64,000 nt of DNA from Massalongia carnosa (taxonomy: Eukaryota): positions 1,798,001 to 1,862,000 of the forward strand of contig OZ287075.1 of NCBI GenBank assembly GCA_965645245.1, read 5' to 3'. The notes beneath the pieces are model-generated. The model was not told where the DNA came from. It did no database searches and worked only from the letters and a program-made list of their open reading frames with translations. Shown piece by piece: positions 50,472-62,514 of the stretch. Numbering within the stretch: the first letter of the stretch is position 1; every line of letters starts with the position of its first letter. The position numbers and the translations under genes are program-made.

Positions 50472-51793
50472 ATGCACCCTTCACAGCATGGAGGGGCCGA
50501 GAAATACGAGGTGGCCATCATTGGTGACGGTGGAACCGGGAAATATAGTTTGATGGCTGTTGTAAGGGAGAACGCAGGCCTGGACCCTATATCGGACTAA
50601 TTATGGATGAAAGATAGACGATGAGGCTTCACACGATTGTCCCCCCTTTGACAACAGTTCTGAACGGATGGTAACAGCCGATGGAACACCATGTGTTCTG
50701 TACTTATCAGCCATACACCCCGCGACATATCACTGCATATGGGAGCTAGTTATTCACCATAGCGACGCCATTGTCATGGTTTATGCTGTTTCTTCGCGAT
50801 CATCGTTCGAGACGATGCAGAGGCTGTATTTACGTTTAATCAAAGCAATTGGCCCTAGAGCAGACAAGCTCCCGCTATGTATGATTGGAAACTAGAGCGA
50901 TCGATGGAAAGAGAGGGAGGTCTCGCTGGCCGAAGGATTAGCATTGGCAGAGGAGTGGTGCTGCGACTTTTTCGTGAGACATCCGCTAAAACGGGCCAAA
51001 ACGTCGAAGAGACTTTTATCGATCTTGTAAGAATGATACGCCAAACTCAGTATATCGAGGTGAACACGCGTGAAAACGAGTATAGGCGGAAGGGGCCTCT
51101 CGAGTTCATCCAACGACGGCTGCAATCTCTTACATTGGGTTCACGACGCAAAACAAATTGCTCTGTGGACCTTGTAAATCTGAACCTTACAACTCGTCAA
51201 AGCTGCAGAAAGTAACGACAAACAAGCCATCAAAAAATTATTTGATGGGCGAGAATGTGTTAAGGGCTATCCGGTGTTAGAAGAGATCCCACTCCACACT
51301 GTAGTTACCGCGGGGCACGGCGCCATAGCTGAAAAACTCCAGGCCAAAAGGGAGGCTGTCTGCGCGCCAGGCCCTCGAGGTTCTATACCGCTTCATGTAG
51401 TAGCGGCAAAGGGCGATCTCGATGTTCTCCGCCTATTACTTAATCGATGGACCGATCCAAATCAGATGGTCGCAAGTATGGAACTGCCCTTATGGCAGCA
51501 GCCTCTCACGGCCACTTAAATCTCGTACAGATGTTACTAGATCATGAAGCCGACGTCAATATCAGAGGTGGGCTTTGTGGTACAACGCTTCACGTCGCTG
51601 TCGTGATGGGAAGACAAGTGTGGCAACCCTATTGCTGGAATATGGTGCGGAGGTGGATGCGAGAGGGGCGGGCGGTTGTACTCCATTGCAAATAGCCGCT
51701 TTAGCCGGCCATATGGAAGCGATACGCCTATTCTTAAGGCAGAAGCACAAGCCAATCTACGAGGTGGGCAATATAAAGAGGCCGTTAAGCTGA
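50472..51793 (+). pseudogene. Ras-like small GTPase fused to ~6 ankyrin repeats, disrupted
   Basis: KYEVAIIGDGGTGK (P-loop), intron ~50562-50613, VMVYAVSSRSSF, IGN*SD (G4 with TAG at 50893-50895), frameshift then ETSAKTGQNVEETF (G5). Then PLH..AKGDLDVLRLLL, TALMAAASHGHLNLVQMLL and TPLQIAALAGH across frameshifts. Confidence 0.82.
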
Positions 51794-52439
51794 TACAAGA
51801 CCATAGCATAGGCATTCCGCCACAGAAATATGTTTGGATTATGTTGAATTAGAAAAAATTGTATGAAGCACTGCACAGAATCTGGTAGATCTGATTCATC
51901 TCGAGCCTCGTACGTCTATAAAATTCTTAGAAAGACGGGGGAAGAGCGCCTGATACGACGTCACCTACAACCGCAGCTATGTACTGCACTAGTAGGATGC
52001 AACAACCAACCCCTAACCCTATATTCCGCTAAGCAAATTCCCACCACCATCACTTAAAAAAAAAACCTCCCCAAAACCCTAAAATTCGCTCATAATTCCC
52101 TACCTAAACCTGCACTGCACTGCACCGCACTGCACTGTCAACCTTCAACTCGCTCTGCCATTTCCGCAACGAGAGATCATGTAGGTAGCTTGTGGGGTTC
52201 TCCCGGCCTCTGGCTTGTGGGGGAGAATTTGGTCCCTATGAATTAGGGGGGATATGGAGGGGAAGGAGAGGAGGGGGAGGGAGAAAGGAAAAAGAGAAGC
52301 ACGATCCTTTAAACCTTCTGCTCGTGGCGCAACTTTGTCATTCTTCTTCAAATCTAGTTTCTTTTCTTTTCCTTTTTTATCAGTTCTTCCTCTATCCGAC
52401 GAATACGAACTTATTCACTTGTCCAGAAATCCCAAAAGA

Positions 52440-53287
52440 TTCAAATGACTGCATCCTCCAACATTGCCAGCACCAAAATTGAATCGAAAACGGACATCAG
52501 AGTCTTAGGCTTGCAAGTTGACATCAAATTGAAATGAGGACCACACATTCGGAAAACGCAAAAGAAAATGGTCAAACAATTCATGGCATTGGCAAAAATC
52601 TCCACATCGACCTAGTGTGCCACCTTTACCAAAGCAAGGCAAGTTTACAGCGCCGTAGTGCGTCCGATCATGACATACGAGTCAACCGTACGGCACATAC
52701 CCAAAGAAGTCAAAAAGTCAAAAACGTCAACGAGTAAGCTCTCCGTCATGCAAGACAACTGTTGTCGCATCATAGCCGGCGACTTTAAAGCCACTTTCAT
52801 TTCAGTTCTTGAAGCAGAGACATACATAGCACATACATAGCACTCATAAATGCACACCTCGACACGTTACAGGCACAGATCAGACATCGACTCAGAGTCG
52901 AAGGTCAAGCGAAGGTCATTTCTTCCGCATGCAGTAAAATAATTAACAAACTCCGAGGCAAGTTAAATCGTAAACGCCTTCAAAAACTCATCTCGAAAGA
53001 ACTGAAGCATCTGGATCAAAAACCTACTGATCGACGCAAAAATCATTCAATCACTCACAGCACACTCATCATGATTCGAATCCTTCTCAGCGCATTTCTG
53101 CGAAGTCTTAGTAGCAGCGTCGGCTCGTCAAAAACAAATGCAGACAATTAAAGCACGACAGCTGAAAGTCTGAAACGACTCGTGACGCGCATATCAAATC
53201 GCGTCATCGAATCCTTCATAGCTCAATCAGTCTCACTGAGCAAAAACGACTGAAAATACACACGCTGCTCAAAAAGACAGAAAGCGC
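52440..53287 (+). mobile_element. Hypermutated LINE ORF2 fragment (RT C-terminal region)
   Basis: IRVLGLQVDIKLK*GPHI, ARQVYSAVVRPIMTY and VLEAET. Positions ~53060-53287 align by eye to the reverse complement of 39953-40180. Confidence 0.88.
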
Positions 53288-54951
53288 AGGTTAGCTTGCT
53301 TTGCTACGTAAGTATTTAGAAGAAGCAAGAAACAAAGAATCATGAATGAATTTGAAACCCAGAAAAGAAGGGAAAGAAGAAAAGCCATAAACCCCATTTC
53401 TTCTTCTTCTTCTTCTTCTTCTTCTTCGTTACTCTCATATTTTGTTTCCTAGGAACTCAAAGCCGAAGAAGGGAGAGAGAAAATATATAGCAGGAAAGAA
53501 TAATCAAAAAAGGAAAACAAACATATTTAACCCATGCATCTAGAATCGGTAGTTCGAGTGTATTCCCCCCCTCCTTCCCTTCGAGTGTAGGATTTGAACT
53601 GCCATGTAACCTATTTCCTCGTCGTAATAACAAGAAAAATCTGAAAGCGAAAGAATGCCTAGTTAACAGAGAAACTAGAAATCTCTTCTCATCGTCCAGT
53701 CGGCCCAAATATCTCCTATAGCTAATCGACGAACGAACGAAAGAACGAGCGAGCGAGCGATCGATTGATCGTGCTCCCCCTCCCCTCCCCTTCCATCAAC
53801 CCCGGGTGGGGGGAAGGGAAAGAGAAGACGAATGAGGGGATATAAGCAGCATTTATCTATTTGTCTTTCTACCTGTTATAACGTAGCGACCTAGATGAAG
53901 AACGATGAAGATGTAGGTATGTCGAGATCGAGATCGATATCTAGCAGGATTTTTACTTTACCTATCTACATACCTATGTTCTTCGTTGACGGGTCTACGA
54001 ACATGGTTTCATAAAGCTGAAAACGGAAACCAAAATTGCTTGTTCTACGGTTTCGTTTCTGCGTTTTCGGGTCTTTCCTGTTCTTCCCTTTCCGTCTTAG
54101 GGTAATTGTACGAAGAATAGGAGAGAGAATGAGAAGAAGGATGAGAAAAATGAGAAGAAGGGGGGGAGGGGGGGAGAATGAGAGAGAGGAAGTGAAAAAG
54201 AGATACTTACCTAGATATCTCAATTACTCTACAGCATCTTCATTATCATCCTCATTCTCATTTTCATCTTCAATCTTTTCCTTTCTCCCCCCTCCCCTTC
54301 ATCCTATCTTAACAAAAACCCATTTCTCCCCTCTTCCTCATATTCCTCCATCACCAACCTATCCATTCCCGCGTCCTAGTCAGCCTGTCAGCTATATCCA
54401 GCCCCAATGCCCCTACCCTTCCATCCCCCTCCGTTTCCTCTCGGGCAGTACCCTCCCTCGTTCGGCTCAGGCCTAGGGGAAGGGTTACTTTAGTTCCAAT
54501 TGCGGTTGCGCTCGCAATTGGCGATTTTTGGGTAGATGAATGGATATGTATATGAATGGACAGATGACGGTACGGGAGAAAAGGGGAGGGGGAGTGAGGG
54601 GAGACGAGGTATTGGGGATTTGGAGAATAGGAGAATTGGCTGGGATTAATTTTCTTTTTTCTTTCTTTCTTTTTGCTGGAGGGAAGGAAAAGGGTAAGCG
54701 AGTTTTTGAAGTTGAAGTTGAAGTTGAAATCGGAAAGGAAAGGGGATGATGCCAAAGTGCCAAATGTGGGTTATTTCCACCCCCCAACTCCTACAAGTGA
54801 GAGAGGAATGGAAATAAGGAAGGAAGGGGAGATGTGATACGATACGATATAAATGAAACGAAACGAAACTGTGAAGCTGGGGAAGTTTTGGTTTTTGTGG
54901 TTGGGCTCCCCCCCAACTCTTTAGTTTAAATGATAAAGTAGGTAGTAGGCT

Positions 54952-55219
54952 GGTAGGTAGGTAGGTAGGTAGGTAGGTAGGTAGGTAGGTAGGTAGGTAG
55001 GTAGGTAGGTAGGTAGGTAGGTAGGTAGGTAGGTAGGTAGGTAGGTAGGTAGGTAGGTAGGTAGGTAGGTAGGTAGGTAGGTAGGTAGGTAGGTAGGTAG
55101 GTAGGTAGGTAGGTAGGTAGGTAGGTAGGTAGGTAGGTAAGTAGGTAGGTAGGTAGGTAGGTAGGTAGGTAGGTAGGTAGGTAGGTAGGTAGGTAGGTAG
55201 GTAGGTAGGTAGGTAGGTA
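54952..55219. repeat. (GGTA)n microsatellite, ~67 units
   Basis: Near-perfect array with one variant unit at ~55140. Confidence 0.97.
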
Positions 55220-55573
55220 TGTAGGTGACTTGCTTGCTTGCTTGATCTATGGTTATTGGTATTGGTGTTAATATTTTCGGTTTCCTAGTTAAATATTATT
55301 TTTATCAAATAAAGGGAGGGGAGGGGTGAAAGAGGACTTAGGATGAGTAGCATTAGTATGTTCGAACACATATCTGAAGCGCTAGGTGGAGCGGCGGTAC
55401 AGCAGCAATAGGTATAATAAAACCTTACATGAAAATGCAAAGCTTAACGACAGATATGAACCCATTTTACTTCCTATGCCCCCTCACCCCCGGCCAGCCT
55501 ATCACGACAAAAACGCCTACCTGCCGCCTCCACATACCTCATGAATAAAAGCGAGCAAGCAATCACCTCCCTC

Positions 55574-56440
55574 TTAACGATTTCCATCCAGCTCGATCCG
55601 CTGGTCGTGACCCCCCAGTTCCGCCATAAGCCTCGCTTCCCCTTCCGGGTGGCTCCCCCGGAACGATCGGGAATCCCCAACCTCGATCACCTTCGCTGCG
55701 CCTGCGGCCGCGGCTGCCTGTTGCTGGCCTTGGCTTCGTCCGTGGCGGAAGGCCAGGAAGGCTGCTGCTAGGCTGGTGACGATCGCGATTGGAAGGCCAA
55801 TCCCTATGCCGAGTTTCGCTGCATTGGAGAGAATTGGGGAGGACGATAGCTGAGGGGAAGATGAAGAGAGTGTAGGCTGCGCCGTGGAGTTTATGGTGCC
55901 GGTTTGCAAGGGCGTGGATGTTGTCGTTATGACGGTGCCCAAGCTCGTCGTGATGGTAGCTATGCTGGATGCTGGAATGGTGCTGGAGAGCGAGGTGGTG
56001 AAGGTTGAGAGGGCTAGGCCGGGAAAGCCTACTTGTGAACAGGCGGCGTCGATGTAGGAGAACACGGCTGCAAGGTGATGAGCATTTCGATTACATAAAA
56101 CCCTTGCATCGGCTGGAGATGGCCAGATTCGCTCCGTAGCGGCTGGGGGACGAGACGCTTACCGATCTGGTCCTTGACCACGCAGTTCTCGGGAACATGC
56201 TGCTCAAGGCTGTCTAGGAAGAGCGTGGATGTACAGAGACAGTTTAAGTCCATGGGTCCACATGTCACGGCTCCGAGAGCGGTTTTGTAGGGACTCTGCT
56301 ACAGCATGGAAGTTGACGTTAGTCGTTTGGTCCGTCATAGACGGGAGGAAGGGGCACATCCATACATAGCATGAGGGAAGCTGTGCGAGAGCAACACAAG
56401 CGTACAGAAAAAGCGTGAGACATATTCCTAGACGGCTCAT
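55574..56440 (-). CDS. CFEM-domain single-pass membrane protein (3 exons)
   Basis: Signal peptide; LPSC...TCGPMDLNCLC...ENC...AAC; S/T-rich stalk; TM GIGIGLPIAIVTSLAAAFLAF; tail with AEL/IELDG motifs. Confidence 0.8.
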
Positions 56441-58324
56441 CGCGGCGGACTGCGGGTTGATTGTTATATGCTCAACGCTTCAAGCTTTTCGACGGTATGC
56501 AAGAAAGGTGCTCGATAAATGGAATCACGATGGAATGAGATGGTCAGGAGATGAGAGCAATACCCCATCAACGTACATGCTGAAGTCCCTCGCAATCTTC
56601 CATGCATCCTTCGTGGCCCAGTTCACATCCCACCACGAGTAGATGTTCAAGGTCAGAGAAGTCTCAGCCTATCGGAGAGGTGAGATGTTGGTGCTAACTG
56701 GATTGGTGACTAAATGGTGGTTTCAGGACCGAGTATAGAACTCTGAAGGCGTACCGAGACCAATGGTCCCTCTCCCTGCGCGTAACGCCCAGCCACCTTC
56801 CTGTTGCCTATGGAGGGTTGCATGAAGAAGATGCTTGAGGGATTGCTTGAAATTAGATAAGATGGCGGCGATGGTACCCTATAGAGTATTGGATATACAA
56901 ACGAAGGCGGAGCGGAGATGGAAGTGGAGGTGCACCGTGGAGACTCCGCATCATCATCACCATCATCATCATCGGAAGAGTTAAAGTCAGAGAATGCTAA
57001 CTTAACTCCCGCTGGAACTATTCCATCTACAGAGCACTCTGTACCTAGTATTTCATTCTTCAGCTGGCGTCTTGCGCAATGGTCTTCATTGTGACGGCTC
57101 GCTGCTGCTACACGCAATACACGCAATGTGAATCTCGGACTTCCACATGCGAACATGATACACTGGATGATGGCTTAGCTAACTAATATTATCAACAACG
57201 GCTGGGTATGCCCAAGAGCGCTCCAGGCTTCTGGGCCTGGGATCGCAGCGTCGAAGCAACTGACTAATAGAATCGGAGGTAAGTCACTCGGTCATCCCCC
57301 TGAAAGCTTCTTGAGCGTGTTTCTCATACTTGAACTTGTGCGTGTGGGCTTTCATCGACGGCGAAGTGACACAACAGTTTCCTCCTCTCGTGTCTTGGTT
57401 CTCTTTCACTCGTCAACGCGGCCTGTTCAAGAAGTCTCGATGCATCTAGTGACCGGGGCTTCTCGTGCCAATTCCGACCATGAAACAGCTATGGATGCAT
57501 GATCGGTCTGTTGTGCTTGACCTCGTTCAATCACCTCCCTTCTGAGTATCGAGCATGAAGGAAAAGAACCGCTCTGCAAGAATTCCAAAGCTTTTCCTTG
57601 CGAGGAAGTGATACATAAGTCTCAGGTTCCTTGCTTAGCTCTTCTCATCGTATGCTCTGTACTTTATGAGCTCGAGCTGCGAGCGAAAAGGGTCCTGCTA
57701 GAAACATTCGTCAATCTCTTCGCTTGATTCGGAAGGCGGCCACTTCACTCGCATGACTATTACACATGTTTCACCACGGATTTACTTTATTCGTGCATGA
57801 ATTAGTTAGTATTTCTTCGATATTTCCAAACCTGTCCGACCAATATCCCATTGCTAGCTTTTAAGCCGTGGATTTCTCAGAACATATACTCCCAAAAGGG
57901 TCTTGATCGCAGGCCTGTTGAACCCGTTGGCGGGCTCACCATCGGTCCTGTTACCAGGACAAGTCACGACATAGATGGAATGGAAAAAAACGCATCAAAA
58001 GCCTTGAGATCCACCTTAGCAACAATGGTGGAAACGACACTGTCGACAAAGAAGCCACAATGCACCGAATATGTACAATGTCGGATGTTGATGGTACGTC
58101 TGCAGCACCCGTAGCGCAATACATAAAGAAGCATGTCGTCTAACCTGGTATTAACTCAATGTTGCTCTGCTTCGGACGATTCGAGGTCCCTAACTGTAGG
58201 GTTGAGGGTGGAGCTGTGGACGAGGCCTGGTCCAATATAGTGATCTATCCCCTCCTGCAAGCCGCGGGTCAAACCCTTAAGTACCGCCCTTCACCTTACA
58301 GTTCTTCTTGCCAATTGCTTCATT

Positions 58325-59183
58325 ATGCGTACCAGTATTTTCCGTCTTGTCATCTTCATATCCCCAACCATCAACTCTGTCCGCGCAGGTTGGTTCGACA
58401 ATACACCAACCCCGGACTCTGTTGATGAACTTGGCGATGATCCATCATACTCAAGCAACGATATAGCAAATAATGCCATCAACAACTGGGGATCTACGGA
58501 CGAAGCCTTCAATTTTGGAGACGTTCTGAAGCCAGCATTGACTGCCGATGCTAGCATCGCCTGTGCTCCCGGTAATAATCGACCTTCCGGGAAACTACGG
58601 GCAAGAGGAGAAAGCTGTAAACTTGATGAAGCCCCCACCGAGGAAGAAACGACAGGCTCTGATCAATCCCCGGGCAATGCGCCAGTCGTGCCAGTCACCA
58701 AACCGCCTTCGCCCCCTAATGGTCGCCCAACGATCCTAACTGGCGCAGGCAAATCGGTCGATTTCCAGAACCTTCCCTTCCAACCCCCCAGACCCAACAG
58801 TCAATGCGGCTCCTACCCAGACACACATCTGGTCAGGTATTTGATCTGCGACTCGGGCGTTCCGGCAGAAATAGTCCAGAACGGCGCTGTACTGTACCAC
58901 GCTATAGAATGTAAGTCGCTTGTTTAATTTGCCTTGCGTACCAGCGCTCCAACGAATCTAGAAACATGGCCCCGAACTTTTCTAAGAGCATCCGTAGTGT
59001 ATGGTCTCAGGAAGTGCACACCTCCCAAAAATCGATGGTGTTGCGATGCGTTCTATGGGCCCTACGACGCTCGAGAAGTAAGTTCATCTCCTTTCCAGAC
59101 TGTCACCAAAAGCCATTGACGCTGACAGCTTTTGGGCCTGATAGCGTGGCATTGCAGTTACCTGCAGCCGACTGGTTGGTTGA
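58325..59183 (+). CDS. Putative secreted cysteine-containing orphan protein (probably 3 exons)
   Basis: Signal-like N-terminus, acidic/Pro-rich linker, KLRAR processing-like site and Cys-rich end (LICDSG, RWCCD). GTAAGT donors at 58910 and 59078; the exon-2 acceptor is uncertain. Confidence 0.55.
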
Positions 59184-60116
59184 TCGACTGGCCCCGTATG
59201 CTGGAGAGGAGCTTGGCATGCTAGATTTGTTTGCGCGGGGACCTGCATTCCATCGGCCTTCTGACCCCAGGGGTGTTTCTTCCACGTTCTGCCATTGGTT
59301 CATAGTTAATTTTTTTCCATTCTTCTAACTATCGTTTTCTACTTTTTCTCCGGATAAGCTTCCTGATTATGCATCGTAGTAGTTTCTCAAGCTAAAAAGA
59401 AAAGAACAAAAAAAAACCCCTTTACCTGAAAACCACCTCTGCCTGAGAATGGAAAGCTGAATAGAAAAATAACCCTGCTCCGAAAGATTCCGGAATGCGT
59501 CTACCAACTAGCTTTTGGTTTTTTTTTCCGTGTCGCTTCTGCCACACGCCGTCTGTCTTGTTGCTTCATTAGGTAGGTACCTAAGTATATACATACATAC
59601 ATAGCTAGACGTCGAATAAACACCACCCCTCACACCGCGTAGACTAATCCGGGCGAATTTGGATCTCTCCTTTTCGTTTTCTTTCCATTCCCCTATTTTC
59701 CTTTTTCTTCTTTTTCATCTTCTCCATATTTACTCTATAAAAAGCCCCCCCTCCCCTTTCCTAACAAAACCATAGGTTCCAAGAAAACCTACCTACCTAT
59801 ATATCTATCTCCAACCTGTATATTCTAGTATTCTAGAATCCTATTGTTGTTAGCCCATCTCCAACTCTTATGCTAGCTACATATGTATAGGGATGTATAA
59901 ATACGCAATTCATCCTCTTTTTAAAAAAAATTTTATTTTATCAAACTATGTTTTTCGCGCATCTAATTCCTCCCTTTTTATTCCATTTTCACATTTCTTC
60001 TTGCATATCACCCCCCCTCCCCCCTTGTTTCTATTCTCACTTTCTATGTATTCTTGATAATATCTGTCAGCCAGGTAGGTAGGTAGATCGCTTGAATACT
60101 ACTACTACTACTACTA

Positions 60117-61988
60117 TCCGTGCCGCGTAGCTGGCACTCAGTCCTGCAAACTGAGTGCCGAACACCCATATAACCGTTTCACCCATATAACCGAAATTTA
60201 AATACTTTGACCAACCACCTTGATAAATTATCATCAACATCATCATGTCTTCCACTTATCAGGAAACTGAGGCTCGAATTCAACTAGCTATTGATTATCT
60301 ATGAAAAAATCCTACAGCTAAAAGAGCTAAAATTGCGCGTCAATTCGACGTGCCTTCGCAGCGACTTCGTTTTCGACTTCAAGGTCATCCCCCCGCATCT
60401 GACGTACGAGGACTGCATGGACGTCGATTATCATCTGATCAAGACTTGGCCTTAGTCTTATATATTCAACGAATGATCGAATTAGGCCTTCATCCTCGTC
60501 TTCGAATGATAGAAGCAGCTGCCAATAAGTTGCTAATGCAGGGCTGGACTGATTCGACCCCACCACAACCATTGAGTCATGCATGGGCCACGCGATGGAT
60601 GAGTCGTCATTCTGAATCTCAGAAGATTAAACGCAAGCCTATTGCAGCCGTACGAAAGAATGCGGAGGACCCGGTCGTTTTACGAGCTCATTTTAATCAG
60701 TACAGTCAGATAGTGCATGAGCATGGCATATGTGATGAGGACAAATGGAATTTTGATGAGACGGGCTTTCGATTGGGCATCGCACGATCAGATTGGGTCA
60801 TTACTTTAGCAGATGACAAGCAGAAAAAGGTGTTTTCTAAAGATCCAGACAATCGTGAAAGTTTGACAGCCATCGAATGTATAAATGGCGCTGGGGGCAG
60901 CATTCCTTCATTTCTCATACTCAGTGGATTGATGATTTAAGGTTCATGGGCCGAAAATGATTTGAATGATGGAGTCATGCTTTCGACAGCCGAGACTGGT
61001 TATTCAAATGACTGGTTATCTATAGAATGGCTGAAGCATTTCGATAAGCACTCAAAGAGTCAAAAAGGGGCGTATCGACTGCTAATGATGGATGGTTATG
61101 GGTCGCATCATACTATTGAATTTATTGAGTACTGCAATGAGGCCAAAATTATCCCCTTCGGCCTGCCACCTCATACGACTCATCTGTTGCAACCATTGGA
61201 CGTCGTAGTTTTTCAGCCCCTGAAACATTGGCATGCTGAGGCGGTTAAGGATGCAATGGCCCATGGGGACGAGACGTTTAATAAGGTAGAATTTTTGAAT
61301 GCTTTCAGCTCGTTTCGAAATAAAGCATTCAAAATTTCGACTATAAAATCAGCATGGAAGGCCGTGGGCATCATTCCTTTCGATCCGTCCGCTGTATTCG
61401 ATAAATTGGGATCAGGGGCCTCGTACATTGAGGCCGATCCTTTGGCTGATATTTATGATCAAACACCTGATCATTCGGATAATGATCTTTCGGACCCGCA
61501 AACTCCGAAGAATTTGAGTGCTTTGCTTCAAGCTTCGTATGAAATTGAGGCTCAATATCCGAAATTCGTCAAAGGCGCTTTAGCATGTGCTCGAGAAAGC
61601 GAGCTGTTATCGGATCAATTAGCACTGACTAAAGCAGCCGAAAACGCTTGAAAGGTGAGGGCCAATCAGAGCAAGCATTACGTTCAAAAAGGAGGAGTTA
61701 TTCAGGTGGATCAATGCAGAAGAATGACTTTCGAGCGAAAGGAGGAAGAGGAGCAATTGGAGTCGGATCGTCAGAATAAGGCTGATCGTCAACAACGAAA
61801 GCGATGGGGGCCGATATTTAGGGATTTGAAACGGAAGATACCATATTATATAGTGAGTGGCTCGTATGGTTTATCAAAACGTTGATAACCTGATGTTTTT
61901 TGGCCTGTAGGTGAAATAGTGAAATTTTCGGTTATATGGGTGTTCGGCACTCAGTCCTGTGGACTGAGTGCCAGCTACGCGGCACGGA
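60117..61988 (+). mobile_element. Fot1/pogo-family DNA transposon (1872 bp) inserted in a (TAC)n microsatellite
   Basis: 60-bp TIRs (60117-60176 / 61929-61988, starting TCCGTGCCGCGTAGC), TA duplication, and (TAC)n on both sides. Confidence 0.94.
60245..61885 (+). pseudogene. pogo transposase with three in-frame stops and no frameshift
   Basis: WNFDETGF, MMDGYGSH and LQPLDVV; stops at 60302-60304 (TGA), 60938-60940 (TAA) and 61649-61651 (TGA), all in one frame. Confidence 0.9.
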
Positions 61989-62514
61989 TACTACTACTAC
62001 TACTATTACTATTACTACTAAGGACAACTACGATAGAAAAGCAGGCTTTTGGCTTAGATCTTGAAGAAAAAGGTAAAAAACAGAAGGGGGAAGAAGAATG
62101 AAGAGGAGGAAGAGGAGGGGGGAATGGGATGAGGGTAATAAATGAAATCACGAGGGTTTGAGAATCACCGGAAAGAAGAAAAATTAAAAGGATTGTTTGC
62201 TTCTTTCTTGTTTTTCTTTCTTACCCTTTCGATATACTAAATCCTACTCTAGAAAAAGCGCACTTCCCAAATATTATGTCGGGAAGCGGGAAAAAAAGAA
62301 AAAGAAAAAAAAGAAACTGAGTCATGTTGTATTGTATTATGGGAATTTTGATGGAGGAGAGAGGGGTTGGGTTTGGGTTTGGGTTTTTGTAATATGGGTT
62401 CTTTCTGGATTGATGAATTGATGGATTTTTTAGTGCTCCTAACAGATACCATGTTTTCATTTCCCTTTCTCCCTCACCTTATTCCCCTCGCTCCTTCCCC
62501 CAAAACCCCCAAAG

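Noticed and set aside
54351..54787. ORFs and a small hairpin (CCAATTGCG...CGCAATTGG) in the low-complexity island
   Set aside because: Biased composition; a single short hairpin does not support an ncRNA or gene call.
54952..55219. Telomere or CRISPR interpretation of the array
   Set aside because: The unit is TAGG, not TTAGGG; it is interstitial, has no spacers, and the context is eukaryotic.
56650..58300. Several 60-150 aa ORFs between the CFEM and secreted-protein genes
   Set aside because: No motifs or credible splice structure; probably intergenic or an old relic.
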